From a candidate division WOR-3 bacterium (GTDB lineage: Bacteria; Hydrothermota; Tepidihabitantia; Tepidihabitantales; Tepidihabitantaceae): 31,359 nucleotides of DNA. The position numbers and the translations under genes were made by a program. The notes below the pieces were generated by a model, which saw only the letters and a list, made by a program, of their open reading frames with translations, was not told the DNA's origin and searched no databases. The DNA lies in contig CBFGJV010000023.1 in the NCBI GenBank assembly GCA_965649205.1, positions 1 through 31,359 on the forward strand, written 5' to 3'. Below, in pieces: positions 9,389 to 18,021 of the stretch; the stretch's first letter is position 1; each line of letters begins with the position of its first letter.

Positions 9389-10999
9389 CTATCTCTGAAC
9401 TATCAGTCTTGTACTCTTGCTGTCCGCTCCGCACTCAAACCAAACAAGGTAGACTCCGCTGGATAAGAAACGAATGTCCAGCGGAATTCCTCGTTGCCAG
9501 TCCGCCGTGAACAATCGGTAGGCAAGAACGCATCTGCCGACCGCGTCAAACACGCGCACCTGCGCCAAGGACTGTCCCTGATTGCACCCTCCGAGGTCAG
9601 AGACTGTTCCGGCACAAAAACGCAGCTCAGCGAAACCACCCGTAGCCGGGTTTGGTTCAACTGTCATGCTGGGAGCTCGAAACTTGAGGCCCGAGGTTAG
9701 CTTGACACCCACCGGCCGCTCAACCGGATAATGGTACCCCATATCCGGTGCAAACGCGTCAGGGCCGTAGTCCGTGCGCGTGGTCCACGTTCGGCGTAAT
9801 GAATCCAGATTCAGAGGCAATGTCATAAGCATCGTATCGCCCTTGTCCACGCACGGACTGTCGAACTGCTGCCCGGACGCAATCTGACTGAGGTAATAGT
9901 CTCCTGCGGGTCCGTTTACAAACAATGGGTCAACGGAAAGCGAATGCGTCCCGGGGACGCATCCATAGTAATCATCAGGAGAATTGGCCCAAACATTGTT
10001 GTAGTTGTACACCGGGTATCCCTGCGTCGTATCCCCACGAAAAGCAACGCCGCCGCCGTAGCCGTACGTCCCGGAAGCGGAGTTGGCCACGATAATGTTA
10101 TTCTTAATAATCGGAAAGAACGTGTCCCATACGCATATCGCTCCGCCCCAGCCGAACGCCTGCTTTGCGACATTATTCACAAATGTGTTGCCACATATGT
10201 ATGCCGGTGCGCTCACATACAAACCACCACCCATCGCATGAGCGGACGGAATGTCATAGTCTCCCGCCTGATTACCAACAAACAGGTTGGAATATACCAG
10301 TGCCGGCCCACCATTGATGCCCAATCCGCCTCCACGCGCCGTGACTGCCGGAGCCGGGACCTGACCGACCGTACGCGACGTATTGTCCCGAAATTCATTT
10401 TGATAGAAAATCCCTGTCCCGTCGCAATACACACCCGCACCCCAAGCGTTACCTGTCTGCGTCCGGTCGTGCACGATTCTGTTCCCGGCAATAAGATTGT
10501 GACGGAACACAGGTGCCCGCTCTGCATAAATCCTTACCCCGGCACCAATGGCATTACCTACCACGCCCACACCGCCCGGCACGTCAATGCGGTTACCGAT
10601 AATACGGTTGTAACACACCGTCGGGCTGGCATAGATAAGATGCATCCCCGCACCATAACCCGGCGAAGTTATGGTCGAAATCAGCCGTCCGCCGGTGATC
10701 GTGAACCCTTTGAGGACCGTTGCGTTCGTGATGCTGGCATAAGGCATCAGTATCACTCGGCCCGAATCATTCGGCGGCCTTATGATGGTGGCCTCCGCCC
10801 CAGCTTCGCTGAGTAGTACAATACTATCCCGATCAGGCCAGACTATGCGTTCCCGATAAGTACCAGGTGACAGAAGCACCGTATCCCCTGCCTGGGCAGC
10901 ATATAACCCGCTCCAGATTGTGGAATACTGCATGGGCACACGCAGTATCCTTCCGCTAACCAAAGCAACAAGGATAAGCAGGATAACTGAAACTCTCGT
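9389..10999 (-). CDS. Right-handed parallel beta-helix (pectin-lyase-like fold) secreted protein with T9SS/Por-type CTD; start codon apparently ACG (or ATT at 11002)
   Basis: RVPMQYSTI...AQAGDTVLLSPGTYRE, GFTITGG, repeated GGG/GAG-x-Y and N-x-F/I-x-x-N motifs, SPCVDKGD, CTD VEPNP...VFDAVGRCV...LSSGVYLV...LIVQR. The signal peptide RVSVILLILVALVSG starts right after ACG, 5 nt downstream of SD AGAGG. The track's TTG at 11047 lies inside the trmB-like gene. Confidence 0.8.
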   Translation of the reverse strand, partial: TRVSVILLILVALVSGRILRVPMQYSTIWSGLYAAQAGDTVLLSPGTYRERIVWPDRDSIVLLSEAGAEATIIRPPNDSGRVILMPYASITNATVLKGFTITGGRLISTITSPGYGAGMHLIYASPTVCYNRIIGNRIDVPGGVGVVGNAIGAGVRIYAERAPVFRHNLIAGNRIVHDRTQTGNAWGAGVYCDGTGIFYQNEFRDNTSRTVGQVPAPAVTARGGGLGINGGPALVYSNLFVGNQAGDYDIPSAHAMGGGLYVSAPAYICGNTFVNNVAKQAFGWGGAICVWDTFFPIIKNNIIVANSASGTYGYGGGVAFRGDTTQGYPVYNYNNVWANSPDDYYGCVPGTHSLSVDPLFVNGPAGDYYLSQIASGQQFDSPCVDKGDTMLMTLPLNLDSLRRTWTTRTDYGPDAFAPDMGYHYPVERPVGVKLTSGLKFRAPSMTVEPNPATGGFAELRFCAGTVSDLGGCNQGQSLAQVRVFDAVGRCVLAYRLFTADWQRGIPLDIRFLSSGVYLVWFECGADSKSTRLIVQR

Positions 11000-11007
11000 A
11001 ATCGCCT

Positions 11008-11814
11008 CTACTTCAAATAAGGGCCAACCGGTCCCGCCTTTGCCCAAAGCTGCTCAAACGCCAACCGGAATATGTGTATAAGCCTTGGGTCATTGACTCG
11101 ATACAGCACATAGCCATACTCCGGATCAGGCAGAGAGAAAACTGCCATGTCGTCGTCGGACACTAGCGCATTGAAAGGTACTTCGTCTGCCACACGTGCC
11201 TGCTCTCCCGCTGCGACATTCCGCCTCAACCGTGTCCGCTCAAACTCATCTTCCAGTATCCTTCTCCAGTACACACACCTGACAGGAACGCCCCGACGCA
11301 ATACGGACGCTTCTCTTCTGTCCACGCGCGCCATTGCCTTCGCGTCGCGACGCAAAGGATGGAGCTGCGGGCCGTAGAACGAAAGAACCTCCCGCTTGGC
11401 GTGGGTCCAGTGACGAATTATGTCAAGGCGCGACGCCCTATCAGCCGGACCCAAAACTTCAATCGCCTCCCGCCGTGGTCTCAGTGGTCTGCGCGCTGCA
11501 TAACGGAGAGAAAGAGTCTGCAGCACCTCCCTGCTTTTTCTTAGCCGAGCCTCAACCTGTTCATGCAGACGCTTTAAGGCTTCCTTCGGCGGCACCGCAC
11601 TGAATGTGGCCACCCTGTTGCGACTCATAGTGATTAGACCCTTCTTGTAGAGGCGTTTGAGGGCCACATACACATGCGAACGATCGATGCCAGACGGCCG
11701 AACGAGGTCCGCAGCGCGCGCCCGGTCGAAATCAAGAAGCGCACTGTATACCAAAGACTCGTGCCGACTCAAGCCCAGAACAGACAAACTTTCTGCAATT
11801 TCTTCACGGCGCAT
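11008..11814 (-). CDS. TrmB-family transcriptional regulator (N-terminal wHTH, C-terminal effector-binding domain)
   Basis: LGLSRHESLVYSALL...SGIDRSHVYVALKRLYKKGLI...FSAVPP, a coiled linker, then AKREVLS...RGVPVRCVY...ALVSDD...FEQLW. Confidence 0.9.
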   Translation of the reverse strand: MRREEIAESLSVLGLSRHESLVYSALLDFDRARAADLVRPSGIDRSHVYVALKRLYKKGLITMSRNRVATFSAVPPKEALKRLHEQVEARLRKSREVLQTLSLRYAARRPLRPRREAIEVLGPADRASRLDIIRHWTHAKREVLSFYGPQLHPLRRDAKAMARVDRREASVLRRGVPVRCVYWRRILEDEFERTRLRRNVAAGEQARVADEVPFNALVSDDDMAVFSLPDPEYGYVLYRVNDPRLIHIFRLAFEQLWAKAGPVGPYLK

Positions 11815-11819
11815 AAATA

Positions 11820-11848
11820 ATGATAGCCCTTTGCAAGAAACGTGTCAA
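11820..11848 (-). promoter_or_regulatory. sigma70-like promoter of the TrmB-led cluster (probably leaderless)
   Basis: TTGACA-17 bp-TATCAT, then 5 nt to ATG 11814; no SD. Confidence 0.75.
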
Positions 11849-11849
11849 A

Positions 11850-11874
11850 TTGTATGTGCAGGCTGCCTATACAA
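11850..11874. promoter_or_regulatory. Candidate palindromic operator next to the trmB-like -35 box
   Basis: TTGTAT-GT-GCAG-G-CTGC-CT-ATACAA. Confidence 0.45.
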
Positions 11875-11942
11875 AAAGCTAAATGCTAGTATCTCCAACG
11901 ACAAACCGATTTGTATGGCTACTTATTCAGACCATACCCAGC

Positions 11943-11970
11943 TTGACAGCATAGGAGGAAACTCTAAAAT
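11943..11970 (+). promoter_or_regulatory. sigma70-like promoter of etfA
   Basis: TTGACA-16 bp-TAAAAT; SD AGGAGG before ATG 12019. Confidence 0.75.
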
Positions 11971-12018
11971 GCGAACGTCGACGGCTACAGACACATAACC
12001 ATCCAGGAGGTTCTGCAA

Positions 12019-12993
12019 ATGGTAGCGGTATTCACAGAGCAGCGAGATAATCAACTGAAGAAAGCGGCTTTTGAAGCCCTGCTGGTCGGGTATAAGATCG
12101 CCGAAGAACGTTCCGAGGAACTAGTCGCGGTACTAATAGGTGCGGGTATTTCTCATCTGGCTCAAGAGATAGTGAAGTTCGGCGTGAATCAAGCCGTAGT
12201 ATTGGAAGACCCGTCCCTGGCTTCCTACACAGCTGACGGTTACGCAAGCGTTCTAGCTGAATTCTCCAAAAAACACAACCTAAGCCACCTGGTCATGAGC
12301 GCCACGGCGCTGGGAAAGGACCTCGCCTCCTCGGTTGCGTGCAAACTGGAAACAACTCTGCTCCAGGATTGTATTTCCATAGATTTCGATGACTCGAAAA
12401 CGGTCGTGGCCACCAGACCCATTTATGCGGGCAAAGCACTAAGCCAGATAAAACCCCAGGGACCTGCCCCGGTGGTAATCTCCATCAGACCACGCGCTGT
12501 CAACCCTCAGCCGCAGACAGACAAAGGCGGTACAATAGTCGCCAGCGACATCAAACCTCAGGAGCTGAAATCAAGAGTAGCCGAAATAGTAAAAGTAGTA
12601 CGCGAGACGGTGGAACTGACAGAAGCGGAGGTAATTGTCTCTGGTGGCCGGGGTATGAAAGGACCGGAAAACTTTGCTCTTCTCGAGGAACTGGCCAAAA
12701 CCATAGGAGCAGCAGTAGGTGCTTCGCGGGCTGCGGTGGATGCAGGTTGGCGTGACCACCAGGACCAAGTTGGTCAGACCGGGAAGGTCGTAGCTCCCAC
12801 CATCTATATAGCCTGCGGCATTTCCGGTGCAATACAGCATCTGGTCGGCATGATAAATTCTAAGTGTATCGTAGCTATCAACAAAGACCCTGAAGCCAGT
12901 ATTCTCAAAATAGCAGACTACGGCGTCGTGGGAGACCTGTTCCAAATAGTCCCTCTTCTCACCGAGGAGTTCCGCAAAATCAAACAGAACTGA
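12019..12993 (+). CDS. etfA: Electron transfer flavoprotein subunit alpha
   Basis: [73 protein letters not shown]-binding motifs. Confidence 0.95.
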   Translation: MVAVFTEQRDNQLKKAAFEALLVGYKIAEERSEELVAVLIGAGISHLAQEIVKFGVNQAVVLEDPSLASYTADGYASVLAEFSKKHNLSHLVMSATALGKDLASSVACKLETTLLQDCISIDFDDSKTVVATRPIYAGKALSQIKPQGPAPVVISIRPRAVNPQPQTDKGGTIVASDIKPQELKSRVAEIVKVVRETVELTEAEVIVSGGRGMKGPENFALLEELAKTIGAAVGASRAAVDAGWRDHQDQVGQTGKVVAPTIYIACGISGAIQHLVGMINSKCIVAINKDPEASILKIADYGVVGDLFQIVPLLTEEFRKIKQN

Positions 12994-13033
12994 GCACTGG
13001 CCAGGTAATTCTCCACTCCCCCAGACCAGTTTG

Positions 13034-14128
13034 TCAACGCAAGTTCCCTGCAAACTGCTTCTGCCGCCGTCGCTTCAGCATGGATACGAACGCCTCCAGC
13101 CGCGTCAACACCCCTGTTTCACTGGAGTGCTCGTCCAACGAAAGCGAAAGGTAAGGAATATTATACTCTCTGCTCGCCTGAATCATCGCCGGTTGCACTA
13201 CCGTTGCAGGCATGCATCCAAACGGGTGGAGATGTACTACCCCGTCAAAACCCTCCTTCGCCGCCAGCACCAAATGTCCTAACGAATTCTCGTCCTCTCC
13301 GCCAACACACATGCGCCAGTATTTTCTTGCCGCCTTACGAGCTTGAACAACCTCCCGCTTACCTATACGGAATCCATGAAACCCCAGCCAGCGATGCGAG
13401 GTAAGAAAAGGATCAACCATTGCCCCCATCTCTCCCAGATGTCTGATAGTATCAAAGTTAATAAAGGGTTCTAGCACACAGTAGCTCTCGCCCACCAACT
13501 TTACCCTCGGGTGAAAGGTCGTACCGTTCCTATCTAGCCGCTCAAATCGTCGGGCAAGAACACGTCTCAGCGTAATCAGCTCTTTTGCCTTCCGCGCCCG
13601 ATCGATCTCGCGTAGAATATCCTGAAACAACAGACGCACCTGCACCGTATTGCGAGCAACGGGGAGAGTTCTCCGCATCGCTTGCTCTGTTAGCTCCACC
13701 AGAGAAGATTTCAGCCAGCCTATCCTGAAGGCGCGGACCGTCCGCAGTAACGCCTGAGACAAATTCCTACTCAGACCTAATACTTCCCGACACACTTCGA
13801 GAATGCGGTCGCGACGCAACTCCACCAGTCGAAATTTGTATCCCAAGTCCTCGAGAATCTCCGCCTGCAAGCGACCATAGTATCCAAATCGGCAAGACCA
13901 GGAGCCGCTTACGTAAACAAGCGTATCTGCGCCAGCCTCCAGGCATCGCACCATATTGCCCAACGTGAGCTTGAAAGGAATGCACATCAACTCAGGTGCC
14001 AAACGCACCCCCAGTTCCAGTACCTGCCTATCCGGTCTCGGTGGCACAATTACCTCTGCACCGAGCGTGCGCAATATCGCGGCTAGAGGTATACGGATCG
14101 TGTCCATATAAGGAAATGCCGCCTTCAT
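13034..14128 (-). CDS. CoA-substrate enzyme activase / 2-hydroxyacyl-CoA dehydratase-related protein
   Basis: APELMCIPFKLTLGN, SCRFGYY, VGESY, DGVVHLHPFGCMP, LSLDEHSSETGVLTRLEAF; ATGA overlap with the upstream gene. Confidence 0.8.
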   Translation of the reverse strand: MKAAFPYMDTIRIPLAAILRTLGAEVIVPPRPDRQVLELGVRLAPELMCIPFKLTLGNMVRCLEAGADTLVYVSGSWSCRFGYYGRLQAEILEDLGYKFRLVELRRDRILEVCREVLGLSRNLSQALLRTVRAFRIGWLKSSLVELTEQAMRRTLPVARNTVQVRLLFQDILREIDRARKAKELITLRRVLARRFERLDRNGTTFHPRVKLVGESYCVLEPFINFDTIRHLGEMGAMVDPFLTSHRWLGFHGFRIGKREVVQARKAARKYWRMCVGGEDENSLGHLVLAAKEGFDGVVHLHPFGCMPATVVQPAMIQASREYNIPYLSLSLDEHSSETGVLTRLEAFVSMLKRRRQKQFAGNLR

Positions 14129-15132
14129 TGCTGCTTCTTCAACTGAGACGCGTAAGATAAGCCGTAGACTACTCTTTCTGATGAAAACAAGTCGCCCGAA
14201 ACTGCCCCGGCTCCGGCTCTGGTTCTTCTCAGTTGAAGCAACTCGACGAATGACTCCAACCTGGTCCAGAATCCCGCTTCAGCCGCGTGCTCATCGAAGA
14301 CAATATTCAGCACTGGCATATCCGGGCGCCCGCGCTCAATGGCCCGGCGAATAATCTCGTTTGTAACAGCAGAAGTACCGCAGGCGAAGCTGGTTGCGAG
14401 TATGAGCCCTGATACGCTCATTTCTTCGGCCAGAATCATGGCGGAGTCAATCAACTCCTTCTCAAACATCCAGTTAGGCACAAACGCCGGACACAATTTC
14501 CTTCTTGCTGCTCCGCCCCTTACACGTTTTCCGAGACTGCGCACTGGCTCCACTCCCAACTGGCGCAACTTTTCTATCAGTCCCAAGCTCAAAACCTGGT
14601 CTTCCACAAGATAGTCGTGGCCCACAATGCCGATGCGCACTCCTCTGGATGCTCCTCTGAAACAACCCTGTTCTTCCCGCAGTTCTTCCTCTTCCGGCTC
14701 TACTGCGTAGTCAATCCTATTTTCGCCCGTCAATTCCTTAGCAAGCTGTCTGTATGATTCCGCCTCGGAACGTTCTCGCTCGTCCAGCACAAACTCAACC
14801 AGACGCAGCTGCGGCAGCAATGCCCGCACCATGTCGGGCAAAGCCATCGCCTTAGGACATCCAAAAAACAGCTCCCCGCCTTCTCTGCGGCAAACCATGC
14901 GAGGAACAAATAAAGCATCTACCTTTTGCTCAAGACTCAAAGCATGACCGAGATATACCTTGGCCGGAAGACACAATTCCGCCGGGGCAATTCTGGCCCC
15001 CGCTTCAACCATAGCTCGGTTCGTCGGGTCCGAAACGACTACCTCAAATCCGAGCCGAGACAGGAAAATCTGCCACTGATTTAGGAATCTGTAACCATCC
15101 AACGCTCGACAGATTCCAATGTTGCGTATCAC
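14125..15132 (-). CDS. Acyl-CoA dehydratase activase-related protein (DUF2229-like)
   Basis: LGFEVVVSDPTN, ELCLPAKVYLGH, FGCPK...LPDM, IVGHDYLVED, SFACG, FDEHAAEAGFWTRLESF. Confidence 0.8.
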   Translation of the reverse strand: MIRNIGICRALDGYRFLNQWQIFLSRLGFEVVVSDPTNRAMVEAGARIAPAELCLPAKVYLGHALSLEQKVDALFVPRMVCRREGGELFFGCPKAMALPDMVRALLPQLRLVEFVLDERERSEAESYRQLAKELTGENRIDYAVEPEEEELREEQGCFRGASRGVRIGIVGHDYLVEDQVLSLGLIEKLRQLGVEPVRSLGKRVRGGAARRKLCPAFVPNWMFEKELIDSAMILAEEMSVSGLILATSFACGTSAVTNEIIRRAIERGRPDMPVLNIVFDEHAAEAGFWTRLESFVELLQLRRTRAGAGAVSGDLFSSERVVYGLSYASQLKKQQ

Positions 15133-15137
15133 GCCCG

Positions 15138-15165
15138 ATTATAAATCGACGCATGCGAGAATCAA
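15138..15165 (-). promoter_or_regulatory. sigma70-like promoter, leaderless configuration
   Basis: TTGATT-16 bp-TATAAT, then 5 nt to GTG 15132. Confidence 0.7.
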
Positions 15166-15182
15166 ACTTCACCCCAACGTTA

Positions 15183-15210
15183 TTGACCAGGGTTCAACTC
15201 TAATTATTCT
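15183..15210 (+). promoter_or_regulatory. sigma70-like promoter, leaderless configuration
   Basis: TTGACC-16 bp-TATTCT, then 5 nt to GTG 15216. Confidence 0.6.
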
Positions 15211-15215
15211 AGGAC

Positions 15216-15644
15216 GTGCGGAATTTTGCCGTTCTCTCAGTTACGCTTACTCTAGCCTGCTGTATTCCGAAATCCCAAGTCTTGCATCTTGTCAAACCTG
15301 CTTCTGTTATACCGGTAGTTACGAGTCGCTATCCGGCCTATCTGGAGATTCTGGACGAAGAAACCACACTGGCAAAGAGAGTATCCGTATGGCGCGCCGA
15401 TGTCGAGCGCCACGAGGGAGTACTACGAAAACTGGTTCGAGAAAGATTCGATGCGTACAAAATACCCCTGGAGTTCAAATATATGTACACTGGCCTTGAC
15501 CGAACATCAAACATCGCCGTCCTGCGCTACTTTGCCTTTCATCCCCATCCAGTCGAAATTGCCGGCTGGGAAGTCTTTTTGGCATATCGGCTTTCTGATG
15601 GGCGCTTGGCCAAGGTATATGTTTCTGAAGTCCCTCTGGAATAA
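15216..15644 (+). CDS. Hypothetical exported protein / lipoprotein
   Basis: MRNFAVLSVTLTLACC signal/lipobox-like N-terminus; fills the gap between neighbouring genes and has its own promoter. Confidence 0.65.
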   Translation: MRNFAVLSVTLTLACCIPKSQVLHLVKPASVIPVVTSRYPAYLEILDEETTLAKRVSVWRADVERHEGVLRKLVRERFDAYKIPLEFKYMYTGLDRTSNIAVLRYFAFHPHPVEIAGWEVFLAYRLSDGRLAKVYVSEVPLE

Positions 15645-15729
15645 CTCGGCCTCTGGAGGACACACCTCCTCCTTGGGTATTTGTGCATCTGCCCAATCTC
15701 TACCACCCCAAAAGGACTCCAATTTGCCA

Positions 15730-16089
15730 CTACCGTCTGAGGACAAAATGAATATCAGTAACTAACTTTCGTCGTCCGAAGGCTCTGGCAAACCCTTTGA
15801 GCAACTGAGGTTTCAGATACCTCAGTTGGGTAACCCAAACCATGTCATCAACTGAAACAGTTAGTATTCCCTTCTCAAACTTTACAATGCGCGTATGACT
15901 GGCAACTTGCTCGCCAGCTATCTCCGGCCATTTTTCAAGCACTTTCGCCTCAATCAGAATATCTTCCAGGCCGAGCTGACGTAACACCTTGGGCAAGGTT
16001 CCAGCTAGGCTGGAAAAGTTGGTCGGTTTTCGGCGTCTAGTCACTGAAAGCCTGTTGATGGTACCAACACCGTCGCCAATTCTGTCCAA
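15730..16089 (-). CDS. dciA: DUF721 / DciA-family protein (true start may be GTG 16044)
   Basis: LRQLGL...WPEIAGEQVASHTRIVKFEKGILTVSVDDMVWVTQLRYLKPQLL pattern. Confidence 0.8.
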   Translation of the reverse strand: MDRIGDGVGTINRLSVTRRRKPTNFSSLAGTLPKVLRQLGLEDILIEAKVLEKWPEIAGEQVASHTRIVKFEKGILTVSVDDMVWVTQLRYLKPQLLKGFARAFGRRKLVTDIHFVLRR

Positions 16090-16126
16090 CTGTAGAATCA
16101 GACGTAATCACCCCTGACCGCGCATC

Positions 16127-17056
16127 CTAGCGGCTGTAGACGTTCCTGCGAATAAAAACCTCATTCTTGCGCCAGTCCTTGGCAACCTTAACCCACAACT
16201 CCAAATACACGGGCCGTCCCAGAAAACGCTCGATGTTCTTGCGCGCCAAAGAGCCTACTTCCTTCAGAGCCGTGCCGTCACGTCCGATTATGATCGCCCT
16301 CTGGCTGGGACGCTCAACGTAGATAGTCGCCTTTATGTAGTCTTTACGCCCGGGCCGTTCTGCAAATTCGTCTATTACGACCGTAGTAGAGTAAGGAACT
16401 TCGGCCCCGTATCTGAGAAAAATAGCCTCCCTTATGAACTCAGCGACAAAGAATCTCTCAGGGTACTCAGAAACTACATCAGGCGGAAAGAACGGCATTC
16501 CTGATGGTAGACCTGCGACCAAGGCCGTTTTCAACTCCTCCACTCCTTCGCCAGTAAGCGAAGAGACCGGATAAATCTGGGAGGTACGAAAACAGTTCTT
16601 CAGGTGCTCAACTTTGGAGGCAAGGCTTTGCCTTTCCACCAAGTCAATTTTATTCAGCGCCACCATCAGCTGTCCGGGTTGAGCGCATGACGCAAGCTTT
16701 TTGATTACCTCGTGCTGGTCCGGGCTAAATTCAGTCTCAGTGGCGTCCACAACTAGCAACAGCAAGTCAGACTCTTCCACAACTCTCTCTGCCTCTTTTT
16801 CCATCAATTCTTGCAGCTTGTAAGATGGCTGTAACAAGCCCGGGGTATCAAGAAAAATCGCCTGAAACCCATCTCCGTTCAGTATCCCCAGAATACGATG
16901 TCTTGTAGTTTGAGGTTTGGGCGTAACAATGGACACAGTTTGACCGACCAGACGATTGAAGAGGCTGGACTTGCCTGCGTTAGGCAAACCTATCAAACCA
17001 AGATAACCCGACCGATAACCTGGTACACTTTGTGCCACGACATCCCCGTTTGCCAT
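16127..17056 (-). CDS. era: GTPase Era
   Basis: GLPNAGKS, KPQTTR, DTPG, NKID, and a C-terminal KH domain (EVPYS...IIIGRDG...VYLELWVKV). Confidence 0.96.
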   Translation of the reverse strand: MANGDVVAQSVPGYRSGYLGLIGLPNAGKSSLFNRLVGQTVSIVTPKPQTTRHRILGILNGDGFQAIFLDTPGLLQPSYKLQELMEKEAERVVEESDLLLLVVDATETEFSPDQHEVIKKLASCAQPGQLMVALNKIDLVERQSLASKVEHLKNCFRTSQIYPVSSLTGEGVEELKTALVAGLPSGMPFFPPDVVSEYPERFFVAEFIREAIFLRYGAEVPYSTTVVIDEFAERPGRKDYIKATIYVERPSQRAIIIGRDGTALKEVGSLARKNIERFLGRPVYLELWVKVAKDWRKNEVFIRRNVYSR

Positions 17057-17074
17057 ATGTGTGCTAAATTTCGG

Positions 17075-18010
17075 TCAGGCGTAAACCCCAATGGCGGCCA
17101 AACGGCTGATTCGCTCTACGACAAGCTCCTCGCCACTCTTTCCTTTTAGAGCTTGAAAACTCTCTAGAACATATTTCTTCAGTAACGCAGCTGCCTCATC
17201 CCAGTCTTGATGCGCCCCCCCCACTGGTTCAGGAACTATGTCATCTATAATCCCCAGCTTCTTGATTTCCGCAGCGGTTATCTTCATTACCCGCGCGGCT
17301 TCTTCCGCCCGACTATTGTCTCGCCAGAGTATGGAAGAACATCCCTCAGGCGAAATAACTGAATAGATAGCATTCTCCTGCATGGCTATCCGATTGCCGA
17401 CAGAAATAGCCAGGGCCCCGCCTGACCCCCCTTCACCAGTGACCACTGCTACAACCGGCACAGGCAGCAAAGCCATTTCCCGCAGATTACGAGCGATGGC
17501 TTCAGCCTGTCCCCTTTCCTCTGCTCCAACTCCTGGATAAGCGCCTGGCGTGTCTATCAGCGTCAGAATTGGTAAACCAAATCTGGCCGCCAGCTCCATC
17601 ACGCGCAAAGCCTTGCGGTATCCCTCTGGATGGGGCATGGCAAAATTCCGAGCCACTTTTTCCCTGGTGTCTCGTCCCTTTTGGTGGCCAATAATAGCAA
17701 GACGCATATCATCTATGCGAGCCAATCCTGCTACCATGGCCGCGTCATCACCAAAGCAACGATCACCATGCAGCTCCACAAAATCGGTAGCGATGCGCTC
17801 AATGTAGTCCAGAGTGTAGGGCCGACGAGGGTGACGAGCAATCAAAACCCTCTGCCAGGGTGTCAGATTGGAATACAGCCGGACCTTCAGCTTCTCGGCC
17901 TGGTCGCGCAGTTTTCTTGCCTCTTCCTTGGCACCTATGGCATTCAGCTCCTCCATTCGCTCCAACAGCTCAGCCAGGGGCTTTTCGAAATCAAGCCATT
18001 CTTGTGGCAT
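17075..18010 (-). CDS. accA: Acetyl-CoA carboxylase carboxyltransferase subunit alpha
   Basis: LDFEKPL, ARHPRRPYTLDYI, ELHGDR, PEGYRKALR, IDTPGAYPG, GEGGSGGALA, YSVISPEGC. Confidence 0.97.
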   Translation of the reverse strand: MPQEWLDFEKPLAELLERMEELNAIGAKEEARKLRDQAEKLKVRLYSNLTPWQRVLIARHPRRPYTLDYIERIATDFVELHGDRCFGDDAAMVAGLARIDDMRLAIIGHQKGRDTREKVARNFAMPHPEGYRKALRVMELAARFGLPILTLIDTPGAYPGVGAEERGQAEAIARNLREMALLPVPVVAVVTGEGGSGGALAISVGNRIAMQENAIYSVISPEGCSSILWRDNSRAEEAARVMKITAAEIKKLGIIDDIVPEPVGGAHQDWDEAAALLKKYVLESFQALKGKSGEELVVERISRLAAIGVYA

Positions 18011-18021
18011 ATTGGGAAAAC

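Noticed and set aside
15655..15670. GGAGG-acaca-CCTCC hairpin as a terminator between convergent genes
   Set aside because: Only a 5-bp stem with no adjacent U-tract; too weak to call.
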